DNA of 64,000 nt from Macrostomum lignano. Its lineage: Eukaryota. Under the pieces are notes generated by a model. The model was not told the DNA's origin and searched no databases. It was given only the letters and a program-made list of their open reading frames with translations. A program made the position numbers and the translations under genes. The stretch spans positions 1-64,000 of the forward strand of contig NIVC01003111.1 of the NCBI GenBank assembly GCA_002269645.1, written 5' to 3'. This document shows positions 12,201 through 23,800 of this stretch, in pieces. How positions within the stretch are numbered: position 1 is the first letter of the stretch; the number at the start of each line of letters is the position of its first letter.

Positions 12201-15200
12201 CGAGGCAATGGTCGAGAAAGATGCTGACGCTGACGAGCAGCGACTCATCTGGGATTTCTACCAATCAAACACAATGTCCATTGAGATCCTTAAGGACAAT
12301 AATCTCCAGAAAGTCTACTTCCGCGTCAAAGATAAGAAGGTGCTGAGAGAGGAAGTGAAGGATCGCTTTAAGTACGATGTGGACAGGTAAAGTTTCCTAA
12401 GTTTTTAATCTAACTTCTCTTGACTTCTTAATAATGCGTCTTCCGAAGTATACTCGTAGAACTAAAAATAATCCCTAACAAGCTCTAATACTTGCCCCAA
12501 ACTGAGATTTCTGTCACCAACATGCCCCTAGAGAAGATATACGAATTCCTAGTCCTATTACGGAATAAGATTTTTGATGAACTCGCTATAATTTGACGGA
12601 GTTTCTTAACGGGAGAAAGACCCAACATAAGCGATCACAACTTTATTTAACTTAAACAGATCCTCTCCAACTAATAAGCTGCGCGACTTCTCCGACTGGC
12701 TTCGCGAGATCATCAAGGACATCAAGTGGCAGAAGCGAATCCTCAGCAACCCTCTCGGCTCCTTCTTCGTGCACGGCTGGAAGGCGTTTAACATCCTGTG
12801 CATCATCCTGAGCCTGGCTATCAGCATTGTGGTGCTGAGCAGCTGGGACACGCCTGAAAATATCACGGATCCTGTGCCAGTTCGAGCAGATGGAGCCGTT
12901 TATGCGACCTATGCTCTTGGAATCGTGCACAATATACTCAGCCTGTTCATTCTGATCAGTTTCTTCCTCAGCAATCATCCATATTTTCCGTCTATGCAAC
13001 AAATTCGTACCTTTTGGTCGTAAGTTACCGCTATAAGCGTGCATTATTTAAAAAATTCCCAGCCTTGTGTCTGAAGAAACAAAAGTTATATTTAAATAAG
13101 TTTCTGCTCTATCAATCGAATTCGCTTTCATATTGATTAACCTGCACTGGAATCACCACACTCAGTATACGGGTTTTCTCTGGGGGTTTATTGTTTGGTA
13201 TTCTCACTTTCTATAATATAGGTCTAGCGGCCTAAGGTTCTTACAGCTCTTTCTTCTATCAGACCGTCAGAGAAAATCGTATAAACTGACGGGATCTCCT
13301 AGTATCTAGGCTGAATTTGAATCTCACGAGTATTTCGCTCTGCGTAACTTTTAAGGCAAATAATTGTTTTTAAGTCTTGGATTTGAGCCAGTTGAGATCT
13401 GAAAACTGCGTCAGGAAGAAGCGCCGCTCCAGTTTGAGATGGGCGTCTATTTTATACAGATTGGCATTTTTTACCTATCCCGCCGCCGGTGGGGTGTCTT
13501 CGCGTGGTTAGCAACGGCGGGGGGTTTAAACAATAAAAATCTGGGACTCAGTCCCCTAGTTGTACACGAATTTAGTTAGTTCTAGTAGGTTGCTAAGTGT
13601 GTGGGTTAGAGATTATTCGGGGTTTTGCAAATCCATGCGTTGAGTTGGATAAATTTTGGGATAGAAAGATCACAGAAAAAGAGCTTAGTCTAAGAGAGCT
13701 CTCTTAACTCTGTCCATAGATGATCACACAGTCCTCTCTCTCTCTCTCTCTCGGTTGTCAAACTACTTGGGGTTGATCTCGACTTCTTGGGCAGCTTCGG
13801 GTTGGATAGAAGTCCGTGGGCGGGCCGTGCGACTCTCCTCTGAAGTTTGCCAGGTTCTGACGCGTGCCACTGGCCGATTGCTCTTTTTGACGTCATCCTA
13901 AGTCGGGCCTCTCCTCGGTTTGCTTCTCCCAGCCGGTTTGAGCGCCATTGTGCCTGCGGCGGGGTGTTGCTACTCACTGGAATGGAAAGAGGCTTTATTA
14001 GATTCGGTCATTCATATCTGAATTGACTTTTGTTGCTGCTTTTGTTCGCCTTCTAATAGCTATCTAGGGGGTTCCATTGTGCTCTTCTGCCTCGCCCTTC
14101 ACTGCGCCTGGGCATTTCATACTTTTCTACCTATCTTCTAACGTAGGGTAAAACTTCAGATTTCTAACTCTTTTACTCAGGAAGCTGATCGGAATTGGCT
14201 CCAAGACGGCCACAGAAGACGAGGACAACGCCGAAGGGAAGCTTCAAGCCTCCGTGTTCAGCTTTAGCACGTTTTACTACATCGCCTTCCTGCTGATGTC
14301 AGTGCTGGGTACCGTCTTCTATGGCTACTTCTTTGCCTTCCATCTGCTGCACATTGCCAACCACAACCAGCTGCTGGCTAGGGTTATCCAGGCTGTTACC
14401 AAGAACGGTAAGGATATATTTGCTTCAGATTCGTGAACGGATATTATGGTAGACTCATAAATTTCTATCAGCTTGAAGAGCGGTGGATTGCTGACAACTA
14501 GTACTCTAAATAATACTTGTACTGGCATTGCAGGCTTATCACTATTATGGGTACTCATCTACTCCTTGGCTTTCTTCTACATCTACGCGCTGCTCAGTTT
14601 CGCTTTCTACCGAGAAATTTATGACTCCTCAACTGGCAACTTCTGTGAGACCATGTACCAGTGCACAGTCACCGTGATCCACAGGGGCCTCATCGCCGGA
14701 ATCTACGACGTAAGCATTGGTTAAGAACTCGAAATTCTTGTTTGATGCTCTTTGTTTGCCTGTAAATTTTCACCTGTGAATAATTAAATAAAGTAAAAAA
14801 CCCGTCTGAACTTTATCCCAGGAGGGCGATGTAAGTAATCGATGAATGTTTCCAGCTACTTCCTTGATATCGGTGTTGTCTACCTTAGTCAATTTCCTAT
14901 TGTAACCAATAATTCGTACCGGTTTGCCACCTTAATAGTCCGTAACTTCCTACTCTGAGTCTAATGCTACTGCGCACGACACTTAAGTTTGAACTGTTTA
15001 TTATTTGTGCATTTTGCATGCAGCACTGACGTGTGAGGCCCCTAGTCACTATCGACTAAAGCTACCAAATGTGTAATGCTTCGAAATAGCAACCATCATG
15101 ATAATTTAAATCGTAAAAGTCGAATGGCGAAACCGTTTCAGTATCTACCGGTTCCCGAAAACAGACCTTTCAATTATCACCTGGCAAAATCGGTATTCGA

Positions 15201-16511
15201 CATCTCCTTCTTCATCATTATCACCACCATCGGACTGAACATCATCTTCGGCATCATCGTGGACACCTTCAGCGAGCTGAGAGACTCCAAATGGCAGATC
15301 GACCAGGACATGACATCCGTGTGCTTCATCTGCTCCAGGAATGCCTACGATTTTGAGCATCATGGAGAAGTGAGTCACTGTTTTGACTGGCTCCGGATCA
15401 CGGCTTTACAAAAAAAAACAATTTTAAGTCTTGAGCACACAAGCTTTAGCTGCCCAGCTTTCTATAAAAATGAGCTCAACTTGCTTTTAGGGATTCGAGA
15501 AGCACGTGAAAGAAGAGCACAACCAGTGGGCCTACCTGTTCTTTATGCTCTACCTGGAGGAGACCCGAGAGAATGACTACACTGCCATTGAGCTCTATGT
15601 ATCTCGACTAGTGAGTTCGGCACATTTTATTGTTTACCAACTGAACAGTTTTCTGAAGCAAGGGAGAACTACGTTTGCTGTAACAGATTCCTAAATTTGA
15701 ACGGGCGTGTGATCTTCATAATCGTCAAAGATGAGGTTCATATAAACAAAACGTAAAATAACTCACTAACCCTCACCCTAATCTATTCTAGTACGAAAAA
15801 GAAAAGCTGGACTTCTTTCCGCTGAACAAGTCCATAACGCTGGAGGCGGCCGAGGACAACCAAGAAGAGCTGAAGCTCGAGACACTGATGACACAGGTCT
15901 CATTTCTGGTGCACAAGTGGAAAGAAGAAGTGAGTCTGCAGTTAGTCATCATGCTAGTACGAGATGTGTTTACGTTCATATTCAAGCCCAGTTATTCTTA
16001 GAGAAAACGTAGACTTCTTAGGATGTCATTTGACTTCCAGAAATTCGACTGCCAAAAGGGTATGGGTAGGGTTAGGGCTAGGGTTAGGGTTAGGGTTAGG
16101 GTTAGGGTTAGGGTTAGGGTTAGGGTTAGGGTTAGGTCGGTATGTCCGATGTCATAGGTCGGAAATTCTATGAAACCTGTAACGAAACGAACGGGTGCCG
16201 AAAATCCGGCACTTCATTTGACGGTAACAAACTATGCTGCTCTATGCTACTTATAGTGAGTAGCACACTCCGAAGCTTATTCTGTTATTCTGACGCACGG
16301 CTCATCCCGCTCTTCCCAACAGGATCTGGCAAAGGAGCGCGAAAAAGAGAAGAAGCGCCAGCAGCAGTGGGAGGAGCAGCACAAAAGAAACGGCGGAGGC
16401 AACGGAGGCGGCGCTAGCAGCGGCAGCGGCAGAGGAGGCGGCAGCGGCGGCGTGATTATCCGGCCAAGAGCTGCCGAAGAAAGTCAGCAACTGGACGTCC
16501 CATTTGATTAA
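222..16511 (+). CDS. ITPR: IP3 receptor-like Ca2+ release channel, gene 1 (spliced; exons 13-39, N-terminal part upstream of window)
   Basis: Exons inferred by GT-AG boundaries and homology to genes 2/3: 222-290, 1286-1525, 1664-1911, 2496-2595, 2669-2833, 2926-3013, 3130-3373, 3561-3684, 4725-5512, 6939-7004 (plus alternative 7247-7312), 7771-7873, 7950-8036, 8135-8239, 8813-8887, 8973-9102, 9423-9564, 9652-9798, 9943-9975, 10639-10893, 10989-12386, 12660-13019, 14181-14407, 14534-14709, 15142-15369, 15491-15610, 15792-15929, 16323-16511 (TAA). Motifs: RIH-associated domain ([23 protein letters not shown]), 6 TM helices, S6 [16 protein letters not shown], zinc finger CFIC...H..EEHN.W.Y. Six -1 deletions before position 3240. 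Confidence 0.9.
298..1256. repeat. (GGGATCGGGATCA)n satellite filling gene 1 intron 13
   Basis: ~960 bp of 6/7-bp GGGATC/AGGGATC units between donor gtaagac (291) and acceptor attag (1285). Confidence 0.97.
4725..5512 (+). CDS. gene 1 exon 21 (central armadillo/RIH solenoid)
   Basis: 788-nt exon, ttcag|GAC...AA|gtgagt; ORF 4749..5516; same length as 26492-25705 and 45008-44221. Confidence 0.9.
5530..6813 (-). mobile_element. decayed, one-ended piggyBac DNA transposon in gene 1 intron 21
   Basis: Terminal TTAA-CCC on the minus strand (GGG TTAA at 6807-6813); transposase fragments in ORFs 6158..6568 (acidic N-terminus, P..FF.LF.T..L...TN motif) and 5672..6127 ([30 protein letters not shown]); no matching left end. 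Confidence 0.85.
5672..6559 (-). pseudogene. piggyBac (PGBD-like) transposase, frameshifted and 3'-truncated
   Basis: ATG at 6559; frameshift near 6230 joins WTN to RKFDEL...[17 protein letters not shown]; only the first catalytic Asp (SVDE) is intact. Confidence 0.8.
6939..7004 (+). CDS. gene 1 exon 22a (hypervariable, [23 protein letters not shown])
   Basis: gttgcag|G...CAA AT|gtaatg, 66 nt, phase 2-2; ends like gene 2 exon 22 (CCT CAA AT|gtagg). Confidence 0.7.
7247..7312 (+). CDS. gene 1 candidate alternative exon 22b ([23 protein letters not shown])
   Basis: gctttcag|G...CTG CCC CAA GT|gtaata, 66 nt, phase 2-2, open frame, LPQ ending matches gene 2 exon 22 (ETLPQ). Confidence 0.6.
9943..9975 (+). 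CDS. gene 1 33-nt micro-exon 30
   Basis: ctttcag|A ATG GCT...TAC AG|gtaaag; same length and phase as 23603-23571 and 42503-42471. Confidence 0.7.
10989..12386 (+). CDS. gene 1 exon 32 (disordered linker plus RIH-associated domain)
   Basis: ORF 11062..12390; [50 protein letters not shown]. Confidence 0.9.
12660..13019 (+). CDS. gene 1 exon 33 (S1-S2 transmembrane)
   Basis: [10 protein letters not shown]...[21 protein letters not shown]; aaacag| and |gtaagt boundaries. Confidence 0.88.
14181..14709 (+). CDS. gene 1 exons 34-35 (S3-S5, pore helix, filter; intron 14408-14533)
   Basis: [47 protein letters not shown]. Confidence 0.88.
15142..15369 (+). CDS. gene 1 exon 36 (S6 gate and zinc finger start)
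   Basis: [29 protein letters not shown]...CFICS. Confidence 0.92.
16062..16136 (+). repeat. interstitial telomeric repeat (TTAGGG)n in last intron of gene 1
   Basis: 8 consecutive perfect TTAGGG at 16084-16131, with TTAGGG, CTAGGG and degenerate units flanking. Confidence 0.95.
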
Positions 16512-16788
16512 CGTTCGGTGGCTCTTACAGACTTGCAACTTGGTTTTGCTAGTGTGTTTAAGAAGAGATCTTGAGAACGGACTAGTTCATTGCCGCAGTT
16601 TTTTGAAGAATTTTTGTTAAACTTTTCCTCCCTCTTCTGTGGTGCAAAAATCACAGATGGAAAACTCAAAAAGTTTAGAGCTGTTTTTTATTTTACACCG
16701 TTCTTGGTTTTTACTTACCGAATATCTTTCCACCGGGTTGGCAGGTCTCATAAATATTTTGACATCACTTCTCGACTAATTAAAAGAG

Positions 16789-16801
16789 TTTATTTAATAA
16801 A
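16789..16801. terminator. candidate bidirectional polyadenylation signal between convergent genes 1 and 2
   Basis: TTTATTTAATAAA: AATAAA on + at 16796-16801 and on - at 16794-16789; first canonical hexamer downstream of each stop codon. Confidence 0.35.
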
Positions 16802-17817
16802 ACGCGTAAAATTGAATTCTTTGAAGGCTCTTGCAAAAGAATTTTGCGAACCCGGTGGAAAGGTGTGGGCGCTTTAATTGTAAAGCTGCCTGCGAAATGA
16901 AAACTACGAGTACCTGTTTGGCTCAGCTCATCGCTGGTCAGCCTCTTGCTAAAAATCATTCTTTCACTTTTTTGCACCTTTTGTTGAGTTATTTTTTGCT
17001 GTTATCATTTGTTTAGACGGGAGCTTCGACAATTGCTTTTTCAAAAAAGAAAACCCAGAAAAAAGTACTGCCGTCCTTAGAGATGACTATTTTATACTGA
17101 TTACTTTTGGTCCTTCAAAATTTTGATTGACTATCAAGATAAGTACACCAGTTTAACTACCCACGGAGTTAAATACTCAATACGCAATACGCAACAAAGA
17201 CTCTTTTCGAACTACTTTATGAGAAAATAATTACTGCCAGATTTAGTGCACTCAAAACTTACTGCACCGCCCTGAATAGCTTCAGTGTATTTATCTGCGA
17301 GTGTCTTGCATTGTATTAAACGGTTTAAAAAATTGATTGTATCAGACACATGAAGTACGGCATGTGGTGCAAAAACAGGGCATCTGGAATATCTAAGAAG
17401 CTTTCGGCAGTGCATCTAGAAAGCAGGATTGGCTACGAAAGACGCTCGATTTGGTAGAATCAGGACACACGAACCAGGGTAGAAAAGTCAGTTGGAAGAA
17501 TTTCTTGGCTTTGCAAATCTGATTGGAAAAAATAAATAATCTGTGTTAAGAAGCATTCTAATTCTTCTACAGTTAAGATACTAACAGTTTTTTGATTAGA
17601 AAAAAATGAAAAGCAAAAGCATGACAGAAACTGGTAAGATAAATATATCGTTATGCCCACTCGTAGAGGGCGTACTTGTGAAATTTCTCTGGCACCGCAG
17701 CATTGGCAGAACTGTCGCACAATCAACGGTGCTGGGAGAAAAAAGCTTGTCAACTTCGCTGCATGCTACACCCATCTCTATTTAGTTTTCAACATTGCAA
17801 CCGAGCAGGAAAGCAGG

Positions 17818-20800
17818 TCATTTGAAGGCTGCCTCGAGCATCGCGCTTCCCGCATCCGGTTTCCGCTTCCCGGCGGTTGGCCTGCGCGGCGCCTGACGTC
17901 CGTCGGCTGCGGAGCTGTCGCAGCTGTTCCTGTGCTGCTCCTCCCACTTCTGCTGGCGTAGTCGTTCGCGCTCGCGCTCTTTCGACAGCTCCTGAAATGT
18001 CGGTTAAGGAACGTTTATGTTTTTTATTATTAGAGGCGGGGGGTTGTGTGCACACTGGCGCACTTTAAGCGACATAGGCACACAACCGGCGAGAGGCATT
18101 GCTGCCCATTCCGCCGACTCCCCTGAGCAGGCATACAAGCGCGCGGATACGTACGCAGGCACACACTCACACAGGAGTGTACAGCGGCCCTAACTTTATT
18201 TTATCGTTAGGCATGTACACTTCACTGCGCCTTGGGGGGTTGGCTCTCAAGGCCGTTAATTGCACGAGCAGAGCCAAGCCGAGATTCCAATTCAGCCCCA
18301 AATTAATGTGACTGCACTTGGAATCGAGCCTGGGTCGCTGGCACACCAGAGCCTGCACTAGACCGCTGGGCGTTCATGTTTATGACCTTTATGAATTCCC
18401 ATCTCCAATTGAATTTGAAGCTCTCGAATAACACCCAGACTAACGAGCTAGACGCCAGATAAGCTCATTCTCATCCTAAGTGCTAAAAATTGTATCTTGG
18501 TAGGCATGCTCAGCGGATTTTCGCCAAATTTGCGTCACTAGATCGATCAGTCCTAAACTCCCCCTTCGTCTCTTTCATGATTATCCAAAGCAAATTACCT
18601 CCTCCTTCCACTTGCGGACGAGAAATGAGACCTGGCTGAGCAGAGTCTCCAGCTTCGCCTCTTCCCTGTTGTCCTCAGCTGCCTCCAGCGTCATCGACTT
18701 GTTCAACGGAAAGTAGTCAAATCGCTCTTTGTCGAACTGAAGTTGGAATTTTTTTAGATGACGTTTTGCTAATATTGGCACCTTCCCAGCACTCAAAGCT
18801 CAAGACAGTCCCTCGTGGTCATTTACGAGCACATAGTCATGCTTACAGTCATTACTAAATGTACAGCAGAGATGACTAACATCCGCACTGTATAGCTTAA
18901 AAAATTCTTTCAGTTAACTTCATTATATACGCGTACCTATGAAGTTTTTTCAATTCCAGGTAAACTCACCTGCCTCCATACGAAAAGTTCAATGGCAGTA
19001 TAGTCGTTAAACCGTGTCTCATCCAGGTGTAGAATGAAGAACAGGTAGGCCCACTGGTTGTGCTCTTCTTTTACGTGCTTCTCGAAACCCTAAAGGGTCG
19101 ATTGGTGTATTTAATTAAACACTACTGACTCTGTCTCTTACAGTCTTTCCCTGGCAATTTTTAGAAAATATAAGAAGGAATAGTTCAGATGAGTCATCAG
19201 CATAAACCAATGGCGTTGAGCCATTTCTTAGGCACAAGCAATAAAGCTCGACTCACTTCTCCATGGTGCTCGAAATCGTAGGCATTCCTGGAGCAGATGA
19301 AGCACACGGATGTCATGTCCTGGTCGATCTGCCATTTGGAGTCTCTCAGCTCGCTGAAGGTGTCCACGATGATGCCGAAGATGATGTTCAGTCCGATGGT
19401 GGTGATAATGATGAAGAAGGAGATGTCGAAGATGCCTTTCACCAAATGGTATGCAAACGGCGTACCACTCGGAACCGGAAGGTACTGGAAAATTTACGGT
19501 CACAGATGGAATTTTGAGCAGGAAGAAATTAATCATGATTAACCAAAGAAAATATCTGCTGACTTGAACCAACAGGGCCTACAGAAATAGGGACAGTAAG
19601 TAAAGCGTTGCTACTAAAGAAAATAATTTGGTGCAGAAAGTCACGAAAGCAGCCATTAAAGTAAACTAAATATTCAGACAAATGAACAGCACCGCCAATG
19701 TACGCATCATAACATAAAAGGAAAATTTGTTTCTATCGAAAAAACATTTAAAACAAAAAGGACTGTGTGCTGTGTGCAGAGTGGACAGTAACATGTGCTA
19801 CGAGCAGTATAGCGATTCGGTAGAAGCTACTCACATTTTCCTATATTATGATGAATGCCGATACCAAAGAAAAAGCGGATTGTTTTTATTGCTTCAATAC
19901 CCAAATTAAGTCTGCTGCTTGATTATTAAACTAAGAAGGCTGGTACGAGCACCATAAATTTTACTCACATCGTAGATTCCAGCAATGAGACCCCGGTGGA
20001 TGACGGTCACCGTGCACTGGTACATTGTCTCGCAGAAGTTGCCTGTGGTACTGTCATAAAGGCCTCGATAGAAGGCGAAGCTGAGCAGGGCATAGATAAA
20101 GAAGAACGCCAAGGAGTAGATGAGCACCCACAGTAGAGACAGGCCTGGAGAGAAGGGATCATGTACAATGGAACATCATGGAAATGCTGTATATTAGGTG
20201 CATAGCTTGCATTGACAATCGGACTGGGCGCTCACCGTTCTTCGTCACCGCCTGGATGACTCGAGAAAGCAGCTGATTGTGTCTTGCAATGTGCAGCAGG
20301 TGGAACGCAAAGAAATAGCCGTAGAAGATGGTGCCGAGAATTGAGAAGGCCAGGAAAATGATGTAGTAAAAGGTGGAAAAGCTGAACACGGACGCTTGGA
20401 GTTTCCCGCCAGCTTCTTCCTCGCCTTCTTCAGCGTCCTTTGGAGCGACGCCAACCAGCTGTCTAAGGTTTCAAGGGATAAAGGGATATAAATCCTTTGA
20501 TTTGAGCTAAAACTCCTGTTCAGGTTTCCTCTTTAATTTTCAGGTACAGGCACAGTTAAAGGCTACAGGTATAGGAAAAAATACTTGAAACATTAAAAAA
20601 CTGCTAACCTGCTAATGCTCTTTTTCAAATGTTTTATTATACTACACTTATATGCACCGCGAGAGATAACTAAAAACAGCACATGCGTGGTTGAGCATTA
20701 GGATTTTTATAGATTAGGACTGACTTACTTCCAGAAATTTCCGATCTGTCTCGGGCTTGGCACATACGGGTTGTTGCAAAGAAAGAAGCTAATCAGCACG

Positions 20801-23800
20801 AACAAGCTCAGAATGTTGTGCAAAATACCAAGCACGTAAGTCGCGTACATAGCAGCGTCCGTGCGAACTGGCACGGGGTTGTTCACACTGTCTGGTTTGG
20901 TCCAGTCGACTAAAATCACAATGCTGATGGTCAGGCTCAGGATGATGCATAGGATGTTGAAGGCCTTCCAGCCATGCACGAAGAAGGAGCCGAGCGGGTT
21001 ACTGAGTACCCGCTTCTGCCACTTGATGTCCTTGATGATCTCGCGCAACCAGTCGGAGAAGTCACGCAGCTTGTTGGTTGGAGACGTTCTGAAAAATATT
21101 TTTTAAAAATATTAGCGGACGATGGACTGGTGGTGTTGCTGTATGCACCTATACGAGATAACCCTAAGACACAAGAGTCTGTTAAAGCTTGTAATAAAAC
21201 TAAAAAGTAGGGATTCTATGCTCCACATAGTACGGCTTGCAGACCTTTTCTCGCTTTTACAGGCATCCCTGATCCAAGTACACATGCATGCAAATAGGAG
21301 CGCTTAGTCACACGGAAGTAGATAATCTGTGGCTTTCCGGGAACCCTGACTATTTCTTTTGAGGCAGTCGAATCTGGCACCTCCTACGTAAGCTTATTTG
21401 CTAACAAGACAATACACTCGCATTCCCTACCTATCGACTTCGTACTTAAAACGCTCTTTCACATCCTCTCGCAAAACATTCTGATCCTTTACTCGGAAGT
21501 AGACTTTCTGCAGGGTTTCGTCCTTAAGCACTTCGATTGACATTGTGTTTGACTGATAGAAGTCCCAGATGAGTCGCATCTCTTCTGCGTCTGCGTCCTT
21601 CTCAATCATTCTCTCAAAGTCAAAGTTCGACTGCTTGTCCAGATCCCGAAATCGGAGGAAAATATGGAAGTACTTGAATCCTACCGTGATGATCATCTCT
21701 TGAGACTCCTTGCTCAAAGCTTCATCGAGATGTCGTCGGTAGCAGTCAATGAAAACATTGCGGATGCTCTCTGCATCCATTGTGTCCTTCACTTCATCTG
21801 CCACACCAACCAATACCTTAATTTGCCTCTCCGCTAGACTCGTGCCGATGCCGGCTCCACCCAAAAGCTCTGCAGGATCATTATCCTGATGCTTGACATT
21901 CTCTTCGATCATTGCAAAAATAAGATTTGCGATGGATCTCTTCATGCTCATCTCATCCAATAGGCCGAACTTGGCATATGACTGCTTCGAACGCAACAGG
22001 TAGTTCATGTAGTCGCACACCTTGTTGTCGAAACACACGGCCTGGTTACTGAGATTGCCTGAGGCGAATTCCACAAGAGTATCGAATATTTGAATGATTA
22101 AAGAGATGTTGGACTTGTTGATTGAAGTGTAGGTCAGGCCGAGGAAGCGTGACGTCTCGGCTACCAGGTTGATCGACTTGATATTGTCCGGTTGCTCTCT
22201 CAGGTAGTCTTGCAGCCGTGTGTTCTGTCCGTCGCATATGTAAGCGAGCACTCGAAGCACCAGCTCGATGTAGCCTTCGTCCTTCATTTGTAGATTCTCG
22301 TTCTCCATGACTACTCTCATAGCCAGCTCTTCGATGTCGGCGTCGTCAACGGCTGAAGGGGGTCCCACGTTGCTAGGCTGCACTGGAGCGACGCGGTTCT
22401 CGGGCAGCAAGCCGACGGCCTGGCCGTTGCCCAGCCTGTCCTTTGATCCTCCGGCTGCAGCAGCAGACTGGGTGCTTGTCTGTCCGTGCAGACTAGCTTG
22501 CGAGCCTCGGATCTGCGACATCGAGCCTTCTGCGCGCTGAAGCCGGCGTCGCAGCTCGGCTGTGCTGCCCCTCATCCGGGACGCGCTGCCTCTCAAGCTT
22601 GACCTGCTGGCCTGCATGCTCATCAGCATTGAGCCGAGCTTGTTGCCTTGCATGGCTTCAGCGGAGACGCGGCCCTCCTTGATCGCCTGTTGAAGGTCGC
22701 GCATTTCGGCAATGGCCTCCTCGATCTTTGCTTGATGCTGGCTGATGAGTGCTCGGCTGACAGACAAAAAGGATACAAATTGATTTTTGGAAGCATCATG
22801 AATAATAAAAGGGTAGTAGAAATCTTTGAGGAGAATAAAAAAACATTTCAAGTGTGAAATGTCGAGTAAAAATTACTTTAATTAGGATTTACTATTAAGT
22901 CATTTATCAATAAGACAGTACTTACTTCTCCTTCCAAGCCATTGACGACAAGGTCATCCGTTCCTTCACAGCCAGAAAAAACTTTTCTTCCCGGGTGTTG
23001 TAGAAATATTCAATCAAACTTTCCTGAACCTCTTCGTTTCCATTGTACAGCATGTTGGCAAGGAATCCGAGCACTTCGCGAACTATCTCGTCGGACGCTT
23101 TTGACAAGTGCGGCAGCACTTTCAGCATGGCATCGTGCTTGTTGAGCGAATTCTGCACTTGCGAGATGACCTCGATAAGCCTAGATGAGAATGCAGAGGT
23201 TGGGGTCAACTGATTGTGTTCAAAGCAGATCGAAATTCGATGTTTCAAAAAACCGACATGGCGTTTTGAATGTGTTGATGATTAGGAATCCAAGCATTAG
23301 TGAATACGATTATAACTGTGTCGTTATGAAGCAGCACAAGGCAGCACATAACACACAAACGCATACACAACATACTATGTACAGCCGCCGAAACAAAACT
23401 GGAAGCGGTTCATCACACTATTTAATAAAGTAAAGTATCACAAAATCACTTCGATTGTTTCAGAATATTTTGCACTTGGTGTTAGCCGTAACTGTAAGCT
23501 TTATACTCTTATAGTACAAGACGCAAGCAAACTGACGTAGATCAGTCTAACAAAGTCTCGCAATGTTTACCTGGATAGATCACTTTGTCTTACTCGACTC
23601 AGTCTGAAATTGTGACAGTATTCAAACTAGCTGGCTGTTGCGTTCCTAGCGTTTGTCCATAGAAGCTTCAGTAAGTCGTTATATTCATTTTATAACATTT
23701 TTGGTCTGCAAACCTTGTATACATCCCAAAGCACTTACTCCTTAGTGTCCGTGTTTTCAAAGTCATCCGGAAGCTTGACAATTTCGTTGTGCAGAATGGC

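Noticed and set aside
15964-16173. GLGLGL ORF
   Set aside because: Translation of (TTAGGG)n inside an intron.
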